Below, in pieces: positions 1 through 8,793 of a DNA stretch of 32,000 bases; the stretch's first letter is position 1, and every line of letters starts with the position of its first letter. The notes below the pieces were generated by a model that made no database searches, was not told the DNA's origin, and saw nothing but the letters and a program-made list of their open reading frames with translations. The DNA comes from Candidatus Pacearchaeota archaeon (GTDB lineage Archaea > Nanobdellota > Nanobdellia > Pacearchaeales > GW2011-AR1): the NCBI GenBank assembly GCA_016186425.1, contig JACPLR010000005.1, forward strand, positions 27,312 through 59,311, in the 5' to 3' direction. A program made the translations under genes and the position numbers.

Positions 1-141
1 TCTCTTTTAGATTTTATTCTTGGGAAATACATTCTATATGCAGATTTTAAATAATCAGTTAACTTCATTTTATTGATAATTTCTAGGCATTAATAAATAT
101 TATTATACTTAAATAAAATAAGAGATTAGAAATGTTGCTTC

Positions 142-351
142 TTATTCTATTTTTGCAGCTTTTCTCATCTCTTCAAAAACTTTTTCAGCACATGGCGGAC
201 AGTATGTATGACTTATTTTATCTTTATCATATAAACTTAAAACAGAAGAATATTGAGAATCACTTTTATAGACCCATCTACCTCCCTGCTTTATTGCCTT
301 GCATTCGGGAATGCAACACTGAACTAACATATCTGAGCTTCTGCTTTCCAT
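142..351 (-). CDS. hypothetical small Cys-rich protein (69 aa)
   Basis: ORF track. Normal amino-acid composition with CC..C and CPPC motifs. The overlapping + strand ORF 132..392 is Leu/Phe-rich low complexity. Confidence 0.3.
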   Translation of the reverse strand: MESRSSDMLVQCCIPECKAIKQGGRWVYKSDSQYSSVLSLYDKDKISHTYCPPCAEKVFEEMRKAAKIE

Positions 352-388
352 GTTTCACACACTTTACATCTGCTTTTAAACATTCCTA

Positions 389-934
389 TTAACCAGAAGA
401 ATTCGTATTATTCACAGATGTTGAATTAAGCGTTGGTGTTGTTAATACATTTATTTGTGTAGCTGTTTTATTTCCTGTAACTGCCTCAATGCCAGTAAGC
501 TCCTGGCTTATCTCCCCTATATTGCTGACAATATACTGGTGAAGTTTTTGTATAATTAGGGTCTGCATTTCTTCTTTTAGTCTTCCATGGCATATATTTG
601 GGTTTATTTCAGGATCAGTGATAACTCCTAATGGCAGAAAACAATCCATATTTTTTCCTTCTAAAACCATTGCGCTTTCCAAGCCCCTTTTAATTGTCAG
701 CGCCTTAGCATTTACTACACATTTGTCTCCAGCTCTTTCCTTGATAGTGTAAAACCAAGAAATATCTTTTGCATCGTTTAAATATTTGGCTTTAGAGCAT
801 TTTACTAATTTTGCCTCCCAACACGCAATGTCTTTGCATGTCGGAGCGTAAATAAATGTTAAATAAATAGCAAGAATTAAAATTATAACAAATAAAATTG
901 ATAAAATGCCGGCCACTCTCCTCTTTTGAACCAT
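389..934 (-). CDS. hypothetical membrane-anchored, Cys-rich extracytoplasmic protein with Ser/Thr/Asn-rich tail
   Basis: N-terminal hydrophobic helix (GILSILFVIILILAIYLTFIY), several Cys, C-terminal T/S/N-rich tail. No family recognised. Confidence 0.5.
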   Translation of the reverse strand: MVQKRRVAGILSILFVIILILAIYLTFIYAPTCKDIACWEAKLVKCSKAKYLNDAKDISWFYTIKERAGDKCVVNAKALTIKRGLESAMVLEGKNMDCFLPLGVITDPEINPNICHGRLKEEMQTLIIQKLHQYIVSNIGEISQELTGIEAVTGNKTATQINVLTTPTLNSTSVNNTNSSG

Positions 935-1010
935 ATATTAAAATGGAGGATGATGTTTAAAAATATGTTGGTTAGCCAGCATATTTAGGTTATGGATCAA
1001 TATCATGAAT

Positions 1011-1037
1011 TTTAGTGTACATAGTCCAACTAAAATT
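1011..1037 (-). repeat. 26-nt module, inverted partner of 15422..15448
   Basis: See the 15422..15448 entry. Confidence 0.65.
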
Positions 1038-1077
1038 AATTTTATTTGAAATGCACTAAATAACAATTAAATTTAAG

Positions 1078-1172
1078 GTAGCTTATTTATAAATAAAATA
1101 AAGATATAATATTCAAAATAAAATAAGTAGCTTACTCATTAAATTATGTAAAGATATAGTATGTTTTCAAAA
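1078..1172 (+). repeat. two tandem X-arm copies of the intergenic repeat family (degenerate 1078-1119, good 1127-1172)
   Basis: gtagcttactcattaaattatgtaaagatatagtatgttttcaaaa aligns with 29748-29795. It ends 9 nt from the dnaG stop codon. Confidence 0.7.
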
Positions 1173-1180
1173 TTATTTAA

Positions 1181-2377
1181 TTAAAAGCTCACAAACTCAA
1201 CATCATTATCAGAAGAAGATGAACTTGCAAACTTCTTTGCTGCAATGCATTTTATTCCTGCCTCTTCGGCAATTCTTATAACTTGTATTGTTGCCTGCCC
1301 GTCAATTGCCAGAATTACGGCATTTCTCGCTCTTCTGGCTTCATTAGCCATTCTTGATTTTGGAACACTGCTTATAATATTCAAGTTTCCATCAATAAAG
1401 AAAACTTTGCTGGAATTTTCAACATCTCTTGAAAGTATTTCTCTCAATTCAATTTTGTCAATTTTTTTTATTTCTTTTTCTTCTTTTTTCTCCTCTTTAT
1501 AATTATTAACTTTTTTATTTTCCCTTACATCTCTGCTATCTTGATTATAATTATTAAAACGAGAATAAGAAGAAAATTCCTTTGCAGGAATTTTCTTTCT
1601 TAAACTAGCTAAAATTTCCTTTCCATTAAGCTCTTCAACTTCTTTACCATCTGGAGCAAATGCAACAAAATCAATGTTTGCATTTTCAATTACATTCTTA
1701 GCTATTAGCTTTCCGCCACGATCTCCATCAAGGAAAAGAGTTATTTTCTTGCTCTTGCTTAGCTCAATAACGTCTTTTGGAAGTTTTGTTCCATTCATGC
1801 TGATTACATTATTAACCCTGTTTTCAAGAAGATTCATTACATCTGCTCTTCCTTCAACAACAATAATTTCCTCTCCTGTTAGGTCTCCGCTTGGAAGCTT
1901 ATCATCTCCATACTCCTGTACTCTTGAAGTTCTTGATTCTGTTCGCAATATGCCTGAAATCTCCCTTGAACTTGTTGAACCTTCAATAGATTCCAGCAAT
2001 TTCTTAGCTCTTTCAATTATATAATCTCTCTTGTTTCCACGAACATCCTCAATTTTCTCAACAGTAATTCTTGCTTCAGTAGGCCCGACTCTATCAATAG
2101 TCTCTATTGCAGCAGCTATCAAGCTTGTCTCACTCTGGTCAAGCGCAGTGGGAACAAATATTTTTCCGAAAGTCTTCCCGTCTCTTGGCTCTGTCTCAAC
2201 TTCAATTCTTCCGATTTTTCCTTCCTTCTGCAGTTCTCTTATTTCTAACTCGCTGCCAAGCAACCCTTCTGTCTGGCCGAATAAAGCTCCGATTACATCA
2301 GGCTTTTCAACAGGCCCTAAAGCCTCGAACTTAGCATATATCATGTATTTTATTGATACCGGACTTATTTTTGCCAT
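1181..2377 (-). CDS. dnaG: archaeal DnaG-type primase (TOPRIM domain)
   Basis: The N-terminus MAKISPVSIKYMIYAKFEALGPVEKPDVIGALFGQTEGLLG is typical of archaeal DnaG. TOPRIM-like IIVVEGRADV ... LFLDGDRGG motifs are present. Confidence 0.88.
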   Translation of the reverse strand: MAKISPVSIKYMIYAKFEALGPVEKPDVIGALFGQTEGLLGSELEIRELQKEGKIGRIEVETEPRDGKTFGKIFVPTALDQSETSLIAAAIETIDRVGPTEARITVEKIEDVRGNKRDYIIERAKKLLESIEGSTSSREISGILRTESRTSRVQEYGDDKLPSGDLTGEEIIVVEGRADVMNLLENRVNNVISMNGTKLPKDVIELSKSKKITLFLDGDRGGKLIAKNVIENANIDFVAFAPDGKEVEELNGKEILASLRKKIPAKEFSSYSRFNNYNQDSRDVRENKKVNNYKEEKKEEKEIKKIDKIELREILSRDVENSSKVFFIDGNLNIISSVPKSRMANEARRARNAVILAIDGQATIQVIRIAEEAGIKCIAAKKFASSSSSDNDVEFVSF

Positions 2378-2653
2378 ATTTTATTTCTCCTATATATTTA
2401 GATTTTTGTTTATTAGTATAGAATTCATAAAAAGAACTTAGTTCTCTTTTAGCTTTATTAATAAAGCTTGTTTATCTACAAATTAACCTAATTAAACCTA
2501 ATAAAGGTCAAATAAGCGTGAATGTGAATATAATTAAACACGAGTTTAACTAATATCTCTTAATGATCTATTTCTAATGCCTATACTTCTCTTAGATAGT
2601 TTAAAAATGTTTCGGAGAATTTTCTTATTTTTAATGCTTTATTCTACGTAATA

Positions 2654-2674
2654 CCCTAAGCTCTTGGCTTAGGG
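2654..2674. other. perfect 8-bp GC-containing hairpin (ccctaagc-tcttg-gcttaggg) in the dnaG-upstream intergenic region
   Basis: Read directly from the sequence. Function unknown. Confidence 0.4.
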
Positions 2675-2756
2675 ATAAAACCATAACTTATTAGTTGGTG
2701 GAAAGAGTTTTAAAGTATCAAAATATGATTATATTAATTAAAAAGAGATTAGCAGA

Positions 2757-2942
2757 ATGTTATATCCATTTAGAATAAAAAGAAATCAAAGATTTTCATC
2801 TATTGCTGGAATGATTATTGGAGCACTGCTTATGGTTTCCTCTCCGATAATAGAAATATCTAATGCACTAACAATCAGCGGTTTTGTTGTTGGATTAATA
2901 ATATTCTTTATAGGATTGCTCTATTTTTTAGATGCACAATAA
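2757..2942 (+). CDS. hypothetical small membrane protein (61 aa)
   Basis: ORF with two predicted hydrophobic helices. It overlaps the next ORF by 11 nt (operon-like). Confidence 0.35.
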   Translation: MLYPFRIKRNQRFSSIAGMIIGALLMVSSPIIEISNALTISGFVVGLIIFFIGLLYFLDAQ

Positions 2943-3186
2943 AATGGATGAGAAACAGAAAATAAAAAATCTAAAAGATTTAGAATATAATCATATTTTA
3001 AATAAACAAAATATTGCTCTTGTGTTAATAGGGACAGCAATGATTTATACATTATTTACAGAGAAACTACCTCAAAATTTAACGAGAGGATATCTACTAC
3101 TTTTTCTCTTGATAATGGGGATTGTCTTTCTATGGTATTTTGGTAGGGAATTAAATAAAATAAAAGAGGATATAACGGGGCTTTAG
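2932..3186 (+). CDS. hypothetical small membrane protein (84 aa)
   Basis: ORF with two hydrophobic helices, coupled to the upstream ORF. Confidence 0.35.
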   Translation: MHNKMDEKQKIKNLKDLEYNHILNKQNIALVLIGTAMIYTLFTEKLPQNLTRGYLLLFLLIMGIVFLWYFGRELNKIKEDITGL

Positions 3187-3198
3187 TTTTCATTAAAT

Positions 3199-3774
3199 GT
3201 GACATCAATAAATTATAATATTATAAGAGAAAAATGGTTAGAGATTGAAAATATCCTAAAAAAAGATGTAAGTGGATATGACATGTTTAAAGATGTATAT
3301 GTTATTTGTATAGCTAGAGATGATGGAGAAATTATTCGAGGTTTTAAATTTGATAAAGAATTAGTAAATCGTATTGTTAATAATTGGAAATCTAATAAAT
3401 ATCGTTACGAATATAATTCTTTTGAAACAAAGAGAGGCATATTTAAAGTTAGAATTTATTCTATAATTTTATATTATTTATTCAAATCTATAGAAAAACC
3501 AGATTTTTTGTCTTTAACTATTTGCCGGGATTTTAAGGGAAGAACTAATGAAATAACTCAAAGCCTTAAGTACTTTCTAGAAACTCTCCTGAAAATAAAA
3601 ATGGGGAGGCCACTATACCAAAGATTAGCTCCAAATTCCCATGCCCATATTTATGCAAATATGATGAGAAGAGACAATAAAAATTTGTTAAGCACTTATG
3701 TTAATATCAGTTTGGAGGATATAGAGAAATTTCTCAAAAAAAATAAGGTACACCAAGGGGTCATAGACCGCTAA
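3199..3774 (+). CDS. hypothetical protein (191 aa, GTG start in the ORF track)
   Basis: Long ORF with ordinary composition. No family recognised. Its 3' end runs into a GC-richer island. Confidence 0.45.
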   Translation: MTSINYNIIREKWLEIENILKKDVSGYDMFKDVYVICIARDDGEIIRGFKFDKELVNRIVNNWKSNKYRYEYNSFETKRGIFKVRIYSIILYYLFKSIEKPDFLSLTICRDFKGRTNEITQSLKYFLETLLKIKMGRPLYQRLAPNSHAHIYANMMRRDNKNLLSTYVNISLEDIEKFLKKNKVHQGVIDR

Positions 3775-3988
3775 CCCATTCAACCCCCCCAATTGGAATT
3801 GGACGAATTTCCTGGCGTTTGGCGTGTTATATATTAGTCAAACATATATATAAACTTTTCTGCGTTTTTTGTTTCATGCATCAAGTGGCTTAAAAATTTG
3901 AGATGATATTAGAAAAAGAGTATTGTATATTAATCCTATAGTAATAACAAAACGAAAGATTTATAAATAAGAAGTTTAATAAAGTTTA

Positions 3989-4288
3989 ATGGAAACAACT
4001 TGGACAATTCATTATCCAGATGAAATAAGAGCAGAATATAGCAAAGTTGCTGATGAACCATTCGTAGCAGTTTGTTTAGGCTTAGGAAGAGTAGAGTATT
4101 GTTATGGAAATTATTCAACAAAAGGCGAAATATTTGATGCTTTAATTGAAAGTGATAAAGGCGTTTTATATTTAGGAGTTCATCCATATGACAAAGATGG
4201 TAACTTTAATCCAGAAATAAAAAGGTTAATTAATCCTTCAGATTTCAGTAATACAATACAATCTCTTGATAAATTATTATTAAAATAA
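3989..4288 (+). CDS. hypothetical protein (99 aa)
   Basis: ORF with ordinary composition. The antisense ORF 3936..4187 is Leu-rich low complexity. Confidence 0.45.
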   Translation: METTWTIHYPDEIRAEYSKVADEPFVAVCLGLGRVEYCYGNYSTKGEIFDALIESDKGVLYLGVHPYDKDGNFNPEIKRLINPSDFSNTIQSLDKLLLK

Positions 4289-4316
4289 AGCTCTTATTGA
4301 GCATCAAACAGAATAA

Positions 4317-4350
4317 ATTAAATTATGTAAAAATATGGCATATTTTCAAA
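4317..4350 (+). repeat. intergenic repeat family, X arm only (attaaattatgtaaaaatatggcatattttcaaa)
   Basis: Aligned by eye to the copies at 1127, 5145, 15179, 18465, 20454 and 29748. Confidence 0.7.
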
Positions 4351-4382
4351 CCTCAAATCCTTCTTATTCCCGCTCCTCAAAA

Positions 4383-4928
4383 TTATCTTGCAGCTAACCT
4401 TGAATAATCCCTTACTCTTCCAAGCTTGTTATACAAATCTAATAGCTTATCTTTCATCTTTGCTTTTTCTTCATCATTTCCAAGAATATTGTAATAAATC
4501 CTTTCATAATACTCAACAGCTTTTCTGTTTCTTAGTGCTTTTTCCTGCTCTTGAGCTTCTTTGTAATATATTTGTATATATTTTGATTTAATTTCAGCCT
4601 GCTCTTTTGCATTTCCCTGAATAAGTGCTTTCTTCAAAATAGCATCAGCAATTTCAAAATGGCCTATCTTGACATATAATTCAGCTTCTCTCATATAAAG
4701 TTCCATTTTTTCTTTATATGTAAGAGAGATATCTGCTGCGGCATCAATATTTTTGGCAGCATCTGGGTAAAATCCCTTGTTTGCATTAATTTCAGCTAGC
4801 TTCAAGAGAATAAATTTCCTTACATCTAAACTATCTGCCTGCCTTAAAAACCTGTTTAAATGATCAATCTTCACAAAATCTCCGCTATTTCTCAAATCTT
4901 CTTCTATCTGCGATTTAGTTAAAGCCAT
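4383..4928 (-). CDS. hypothetical all-helical, TPR-like repeat protein (181 aa)
   Basis: Repetitive helical A/K/E/Y-rich sequence (..AELYVKIGHFEIADAILKKAL..). The TPR call is only a resemblance. Confidence 0.45.
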   Translation of the reverse strand: MALTKSQIEEDLRNSGDFVKIDHLNRFLRQADSLDVRKFILLKLAEINANKGFYPDAAKNIDAAADISLTYKEKMELYMREAELYVKIGHFEIADAILKKALIQGNAKEQAEIKSKYIQIYYKEAQEQEKALRNRKAVEYYERIYYNILGNDEEKAKMKDKLLDLYNKLGRVRDYSRLAAR

Positions 4929-4945
4929 TTTACCTCTTTTTAATA

Positions 4946-4988
4946 ATTTTGATTGCTGGATTCATAAAAACCCGCTGGAGGTTTTTAT
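4946..4988 (-). repeat. repeat family copy: Y-start fragment plus hairpin ataaaaacc-cgctgga-ggtttttat
   Basis: The stretch ctggattcataa matches 30561-30572. The 9-bp stem hairpin lies at 4964-4988. The arrangement mirrors the reverse complement of 15270-15315. Confidence 0.5.
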
Positions 4989-5144
4989 TAATATTAACAG
5001 AATAAAACCTCTATTTATAAATATTTTTATAATAAGTTTTGAGCTAATCTATTCATAAAAAATAATAAATAATTATTGAGAGGATAAATTTTAGTATATA
5101 ACTTATGAAATATTAAATTATTTACATACTAATTAATAAACCTC

Positions 5145-5224
5145 GGTAACTTTCACATTAAAATCAGGCAAGAATATGGTATGTTTTCAAAACAATTTTG
5201 AAAATACTGCAATAATTTTACCTG
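5145..5224 (+). repeat. intergenic repeat family, complete palindromic copy (X arm + inverted arm ending ...ttttacctg)
   Basis: caggcaagaatatggtatgttttcaaaa / ttttgaaaatactgcaataattttacctg form an imperfect inverted repeat. The copy contains the exact 18-mer tttgaaaatactgcaata. Confidence 0.8.
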
Positions 5225-5320
5225 TTTTATTAGCTTGATATATTGCTCTTAGTAGTTTAACTAATTTTAACTCGTTCATCAAAGAAAAGTTTAATATTAA
5301 ATAATTTCAGAGATATTTTT

Positions 5321-5650
5321 TCAATTGTGGCAAGCCATATATCTTTCAGCTTCCAGAACATCCTCTATAAAAACATATCTGTGGAGTTTTTGCCTGGAAA
5401 TTTCAAAAGATTTATCCTCAATAAGTGTTTTATATTGCAAATCTTCAATTGAATTAATTTTGTCTTTGGCTTTAATAACTTTTTCAGCATATTTTATATC
5501 TTCTTCAAAAACAAATCTTTGCCCAGCATCCCAAGCTATTCTTTTAGCTTCTTCATCAACCCTTTCCCTATAACTTAAATCTTCAATACTTTTTAGAATA
5601 TCTCTCGCCTTTGATTCAAATTCTGGAACAAATATTTCTTGAACACTCAT
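5321..5650 (-). CDS. hypothetical protein with two internal copies of a ~36-aa helical motif
   Basis: LSYRERVDEEAKRIAWDAGQRFVFEEDIKYAEKVIK and LQYKTLIEDKSFEISRQKLHRYVFIEDVLEAERYMA. Paralogous to 5731..5985. Confidence 0.45.
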   Translation of the reverse strand: MSVQEIFVPEFESKARDILKSIEDLSYRERVDEEAKRIAWDAGQRFVFEEDIKYAEKVIKAKDKINSIEDLQYKTLIEDKSFEISRQKLHRYVFIEDVLEAERYMACHN

Positions 5651-5730
5651 TTTACCCCTTTTATATATTTATTTAAGAATAAGTTTTATTTAAGGTTTAT
5701 TGTGGTTTAAAATATACAGATGCAAGATTA

Positions 5731-5985
5731 TTAAGAATGATACAAATTTCTTGATTTAAGATATTCTTCAGCACTTGTTACATCTAATTTAATTATAGTC
5801 CCTCTTTTGTTATTTTCAGCAATTTTTCCTGCTTCATCCATAAGCGCTCTTCTGTATTCTACTCTATTAAGATGCTTATTTGAAATAACCTTAACTAAGT
5901 TTAGCGCATCAACCATTATATCTAAACTTTGATTTTCAGCTGACATTTTAATCAAAATGTAATAATTTTGTAAATACTTAAGCAT
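5731..5985 (-). CDS. hypothetical protein carrying one copy of the same ~36-aa motif
   Basis: VEYRRALMDEAGKIAENNKRGTIIKLDVTSAEEYLK aligns to the motif in 5321..5650. Confidence 0.4.
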   Translation of the reverse strand: MLKYLQNYYILIKMSAENQSLDIMVDALNLVKVISNKHLNRVEYRRALMDEAGKIAENNKRGTIIKLDVTSAEEYLKSRNLYHS

Positions 5986-6028
5986 TATTGTAATGAATTA
6001 TAAACAAGAAATAAAAAAACTAAGATAA

Positions 6029-6190
6029 TCAATCGCTTTCAGGATTAATCCCGTGATATTTTGCAAGAATCCTTTCTTTATATGTTTCTAATGGGCCTAT
6101 CTCATCTGGTTGAATCGCTCTTTCTTGTCCGTGTACGCTTCCAGCTCCTGCACGCATTTCTTCAAGTATTTTATGTAAATAGCTATCCAT
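6029..6190 (-). CDS. possible small ORF (53 aa) directly downstream of tuf
   Basis: Hand translation gives MDSYLHKILEEMRAGAGSVHGQERAIQPDEIGPLETYKERILAKYHGINPESD. Locally higher GC. Not in the supplied ORF track (short). Confidence 0.3.
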   Translation of the reverse strand: MDSYLHKILEEMRAGAGSVHGQERAIQPDEIGPLETYKERILAKYHGINPESD

Positions 6191-6219
6191 TTTATTTATT
6201 TTTTAAGAAAAAAGAAAAT

Positions 6220-7506
6220 TTAAATTTTCTTTGCAGTTAATTCAATGCAAACTCCGGCTGCAACAGTTGCTCCAGCATCTCTTATTGCAAATCTTGCCAT
6301 ATGAGGATTATCTGCCTGTTTTTCAAGAACAAGGTTTCCTATTGGTTTGATTCTTACTTTCGCTACATCTCCATTCTTGATGAAGTCGGGATTTTTCTGA
6401 GCAACTTCTCCTGTTTTAGGATCATATTTTTCAATTAATTCAATAAACTGGCAAGGAACTTGTGCTGTGTGAACGTGGAATACTGGCGTGTAGCCTTTGG
6501 CAATAACTGTTGGATGATTAATAACTGCAATCTTTGCTACAAATTCTTCTGCAATTGTTGCAGGCTTGGCAGCGTCGCAGATTACATCTCCTCTTGCTAC
6601 ATCCTTCTTTCCAATTCCTCTAATATTAACTCCAACATTATCTCCTGCTTCTCCCTGTGGCAATTGTTCATGATGAGCTTCAACAGTTCTAACTTCTCCA
6701 AGAACTCCTTTTCCGCTTCTTCCAGGCAATACTATAATTTTCTGCCCGACTTTCATTATTCCTGTTTCAATCTTGCCAACAGGAACTGTTCCAATTCCAG
6801 TAATTTCATAAACATCTTGTATTGGCATTCTTAATGGAAGAGTTGTTGGTTTTTCAGGCTCCTTGAAATTATCAAGGTCTTCAAGAACAGTCGGGCCTTT
6901 ATACCAAGCCATTTTATCAGATTTCTTTGCAATATTATCTCCGTGAAGAGCGGCTATTGCAAGGAAAATAACATCTTCTGCCTTGTAACCCACAGCTTTT
7001 AATTCATTAATAACATCTGCTTTAACTTCATTAAATCTTTCTTCTTTATAGCCGACATCATCCATTTTATTAACTATCACATGCAATTGCCCAACACCCA
7101 TTGTTTTTAAAAGCCAAAGATGTTCTTTTGTTTGTGGTTCTACTCCTGATTTTGCAGCAACAACTAGGAAAGCGGCATCAGCTTGTGAAGCTCCAGTAAT
7201 CATGTTTTTTACAAAATCCTTGTGTCCCGGAGCATCAATAATTGTGATTTCAAATTTCTGTGTAAGCAATTTCTGGTAAGAAAGATCAATTGTAACTCCT
7301 CTTTCTCTCTCTTCCTTGAATTTATCCATAACATAAGCAAATTCAAATCCGGCTTTTCCGTGTTTTTGGGCTTCTGCTTTTAATTTCTGCAGCTCCTGTT
7401 CAGGAAGCTTGCCAGTATCATACATCAATCTGCCGATAGTTGTTGATTTTCCTGCATCAACGTGCCCGACGAACACAACATTCATGATTGGTTTTTGTTT
7501 TGCCAT
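6220..7506 (-). CDS. tuf: translation elongation factor aEF-1alpha
   Basis: GHVDAGKST G1 motif, DAPGH, NKMD. Full-length 428 aa typical of archaeal EF-1alpha. Confidence 0.95.
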   Translation of the reverse strand: MAKQKPIMNVVFVGHVDAGKSTTIGRLMYDTGKLPEQELQKLKAEAQKHGKAGFEFAYVMDKFKEERERGVTIDLSYQKLLTQKFEITIIDAPGHKDFVKNMITGASQADAAFLVVAAKSGVEPQTKEHLWLLKTMGVGQLHVIVNKMDDVGYKEERFNEVKADVINELKAVGYKAEDVIFLAIAALHGDNIAKKSDKMAWYKGPTVLEDLDNFKEPEKPTTLPLRMPIQDVYEITGIGTVPVGKIETGIMKVGQKIIVLPGRSGKGVLGEVRTVEAHHEQLPQGEAGDNVGVNIRGIGKKDVARGDVICDAAKPATIAEEFVAKIAVINHPTVIAKGYTPVFHVHTAQVPCQFIELIEKYDPKTGEVAQKNPDFIKNGDVAKVRIKPIGNLVLEKQADNPHMARFAIRDAGATVAAGVCIELTAKKI

Positions 7507-7663
7507 ATTTCTTAAATTAATAAAGTATTTTATAATGTTTTTTTAGAACATGAAGTCTAAATAAAACAACAATATCTGATAAAATTAAAGCTTTATAAAT
7601 CTTTTGTTTTTCACTAATTTTAATTTTCAGGCAAGATAAATATATCGACGAGAAACGTTAATT

Positions 7664-7855
7664 TTATGAATAAAGTTTTTTTAGTCCAAGTCCACAAAGT
7701 CTGTCAACAATTATTGCGCTAAAAACTTCGTAAATATCTCCGCCGCCGCTGATTATTCCTTCTACATAACCTAGTGAAAAACAATCCGGATTATATTTTT
7801 CATCAGCTATTAAAGGAAGTTCTACTATTTTTGATAGTTTAGATATATGTTTCAT
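7664..7855 (-). CDS. hypothetical small protein (63 aa)
   Basis: ORF only. Confidence 0.25.
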   Translation of the reverse strand: MKHISKLSKIVELPLIADEKYNPDCFSLGYVEGIISGGGDIYEVFSAIIVDRLCGLGLKKLYS

Positions 7856-7928
7856 AATATATTAATATATAACTTATTTATATAATTTTGCAATAAAGGA
7901 ATTTTAATGCATATATTCTAAAATAATT

Positions 7929-8609
7929 CTAATCTGTAATAAAAATTATTCTTTCTTCCTTTGCAACATTACCCGCTTTATCTTCTGCAAATATATTTAT
8001 CTTATGAATTCCCCTTGATTCTCCGCTTGGAATTTTTATTTTTTTATCAAAATAATCACACTTAGAGCATATTCTGTGCTTTTTGTTATTATCCATCTCA
8101 TACCAAATTTTTGATTCTTCACTAACCTCTCCTGTAAAAACAAAAAAATCATTAAATATATCATCATTTTCAGGGCTTTCAACACTTAATTCTGGATTTG
8201 ATGAATCAAATCTTGCTCTTGATACCTTGGAGTCTGTCTCACTAAAAGAATTTTTTACCTTAAAGAAAAATTCTATATCTTCATCAAGTATATTTATCTC
8301 TTTTCTGCATTCCCAAACTTCATCATTAGCTGTTTTATGCTGACATTCCACAATATTGCTTAAATTAAATACTTCAATATTATATTGGGTATCAAAGATA
8401 TTCTTATAATGCAACTCAACAGCAATAGGACTAGATTCTCTGAATTTTATCTTGAATTCTTTTTCAGCAATAACATCATTTGGATTGTCTCTCGGATAAG
8501 TTTTTATTATCTTTGGAGAGCTAGAGCTGGAAATAGCAATAACACTAGCCACAACCATTATAGCCATAAACAAAAAAATAAATGAAACAATTATTTTGTT
8601 ATGCTTCAT
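7929..8609 (-). CDS. hypothetical secreted or anchored protein, probable Ig-like beta-sandwich domains
   Basis: N-terminal signal/anchor (IIVSFIFLFMAIMVVASVIAISS). IKTYPRDNPNDV..FKIKF resembles the start of bacterial/archaeal Ig-like surface domains. Confidence 0.45.
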   Translation of the reverse strand: MKHNKIIVSFIFLFMAIMVVASVIAISSSSSPKIIKTYPRDNPNDVIAEKEFKIKFRESSPIAVELHYKNIFDTQYNIEVFNLSNIVECQHKTANDEVWECRKEINILDEDIEFFFKVKNSFSETDSKVSRARFDSSNPELSVESPENDDIFNDFFVFTGEVSEESKIWYEMDNNKKHRICSKCDYFDKKIKIPSGESRGIHKINIFAEDKAGNVAKEERIIFITD

Positions 8610-8793
8610 ATTGGAAAATATCTATTGCAATATATAAATCTTATTATGCTAAATTGAAATATTCATTTTTCATCACTATAATTTGATAGCCTGATAGTGC
8701 TACTTGAAGTTGATGAATAAAATGAAGCCTATAAAATACTTCTTTTTATTAATTTAAAATAAGATTCAATTTAAAGACGATAAAATAATATTA

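Noticed and set aside
132-392. 86-aa plus-strand ORF
   Set aside because: It is Leu/Phe-rich. The opposite-strand 69-aa frame has a more protein-like composition. Both are weak.
1245-2441. Plus-strand ORFs (1245..1502, 1674..2024, 2031..2441, 2107..2334) antisense to dnaG
   Set aside because: They are Ser/Leu/Phe/Ile-rich low-complexity shadow frames of a well-supported minus-strand gene in AT-rich DNA.
3755-3830. GC-rich island as a tRNA fragment or att site
   Set aside because: It has no T-arm (GGTTCRAnnCC-like) or acceptor pairing and no matching copy elsewhere in the window. It is kept only as an unexplained compositional anomaly.
6460-6834. Plus-strand ORF antisense to tuf, and the analogous ORFs at 13617..13874, 14300..14503, 22053..25260 and 26191..27954 antisense to fusA, rpoA and rpoB
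   Set aside because: All lie wholly inside strongly conserved genes on the other strand and have skewed composition, so they are treated as shadow ORFs.
8663-8700. C/D-box sRNA in the 8610-8793 spacer (minus-strand GTGATGA at 8670-8676; plus-strand TTGATGA near 8703)
   Set aside because: No appropriately placed D box (CUGA) or terminal stem could be found downstream of either candidate C box.
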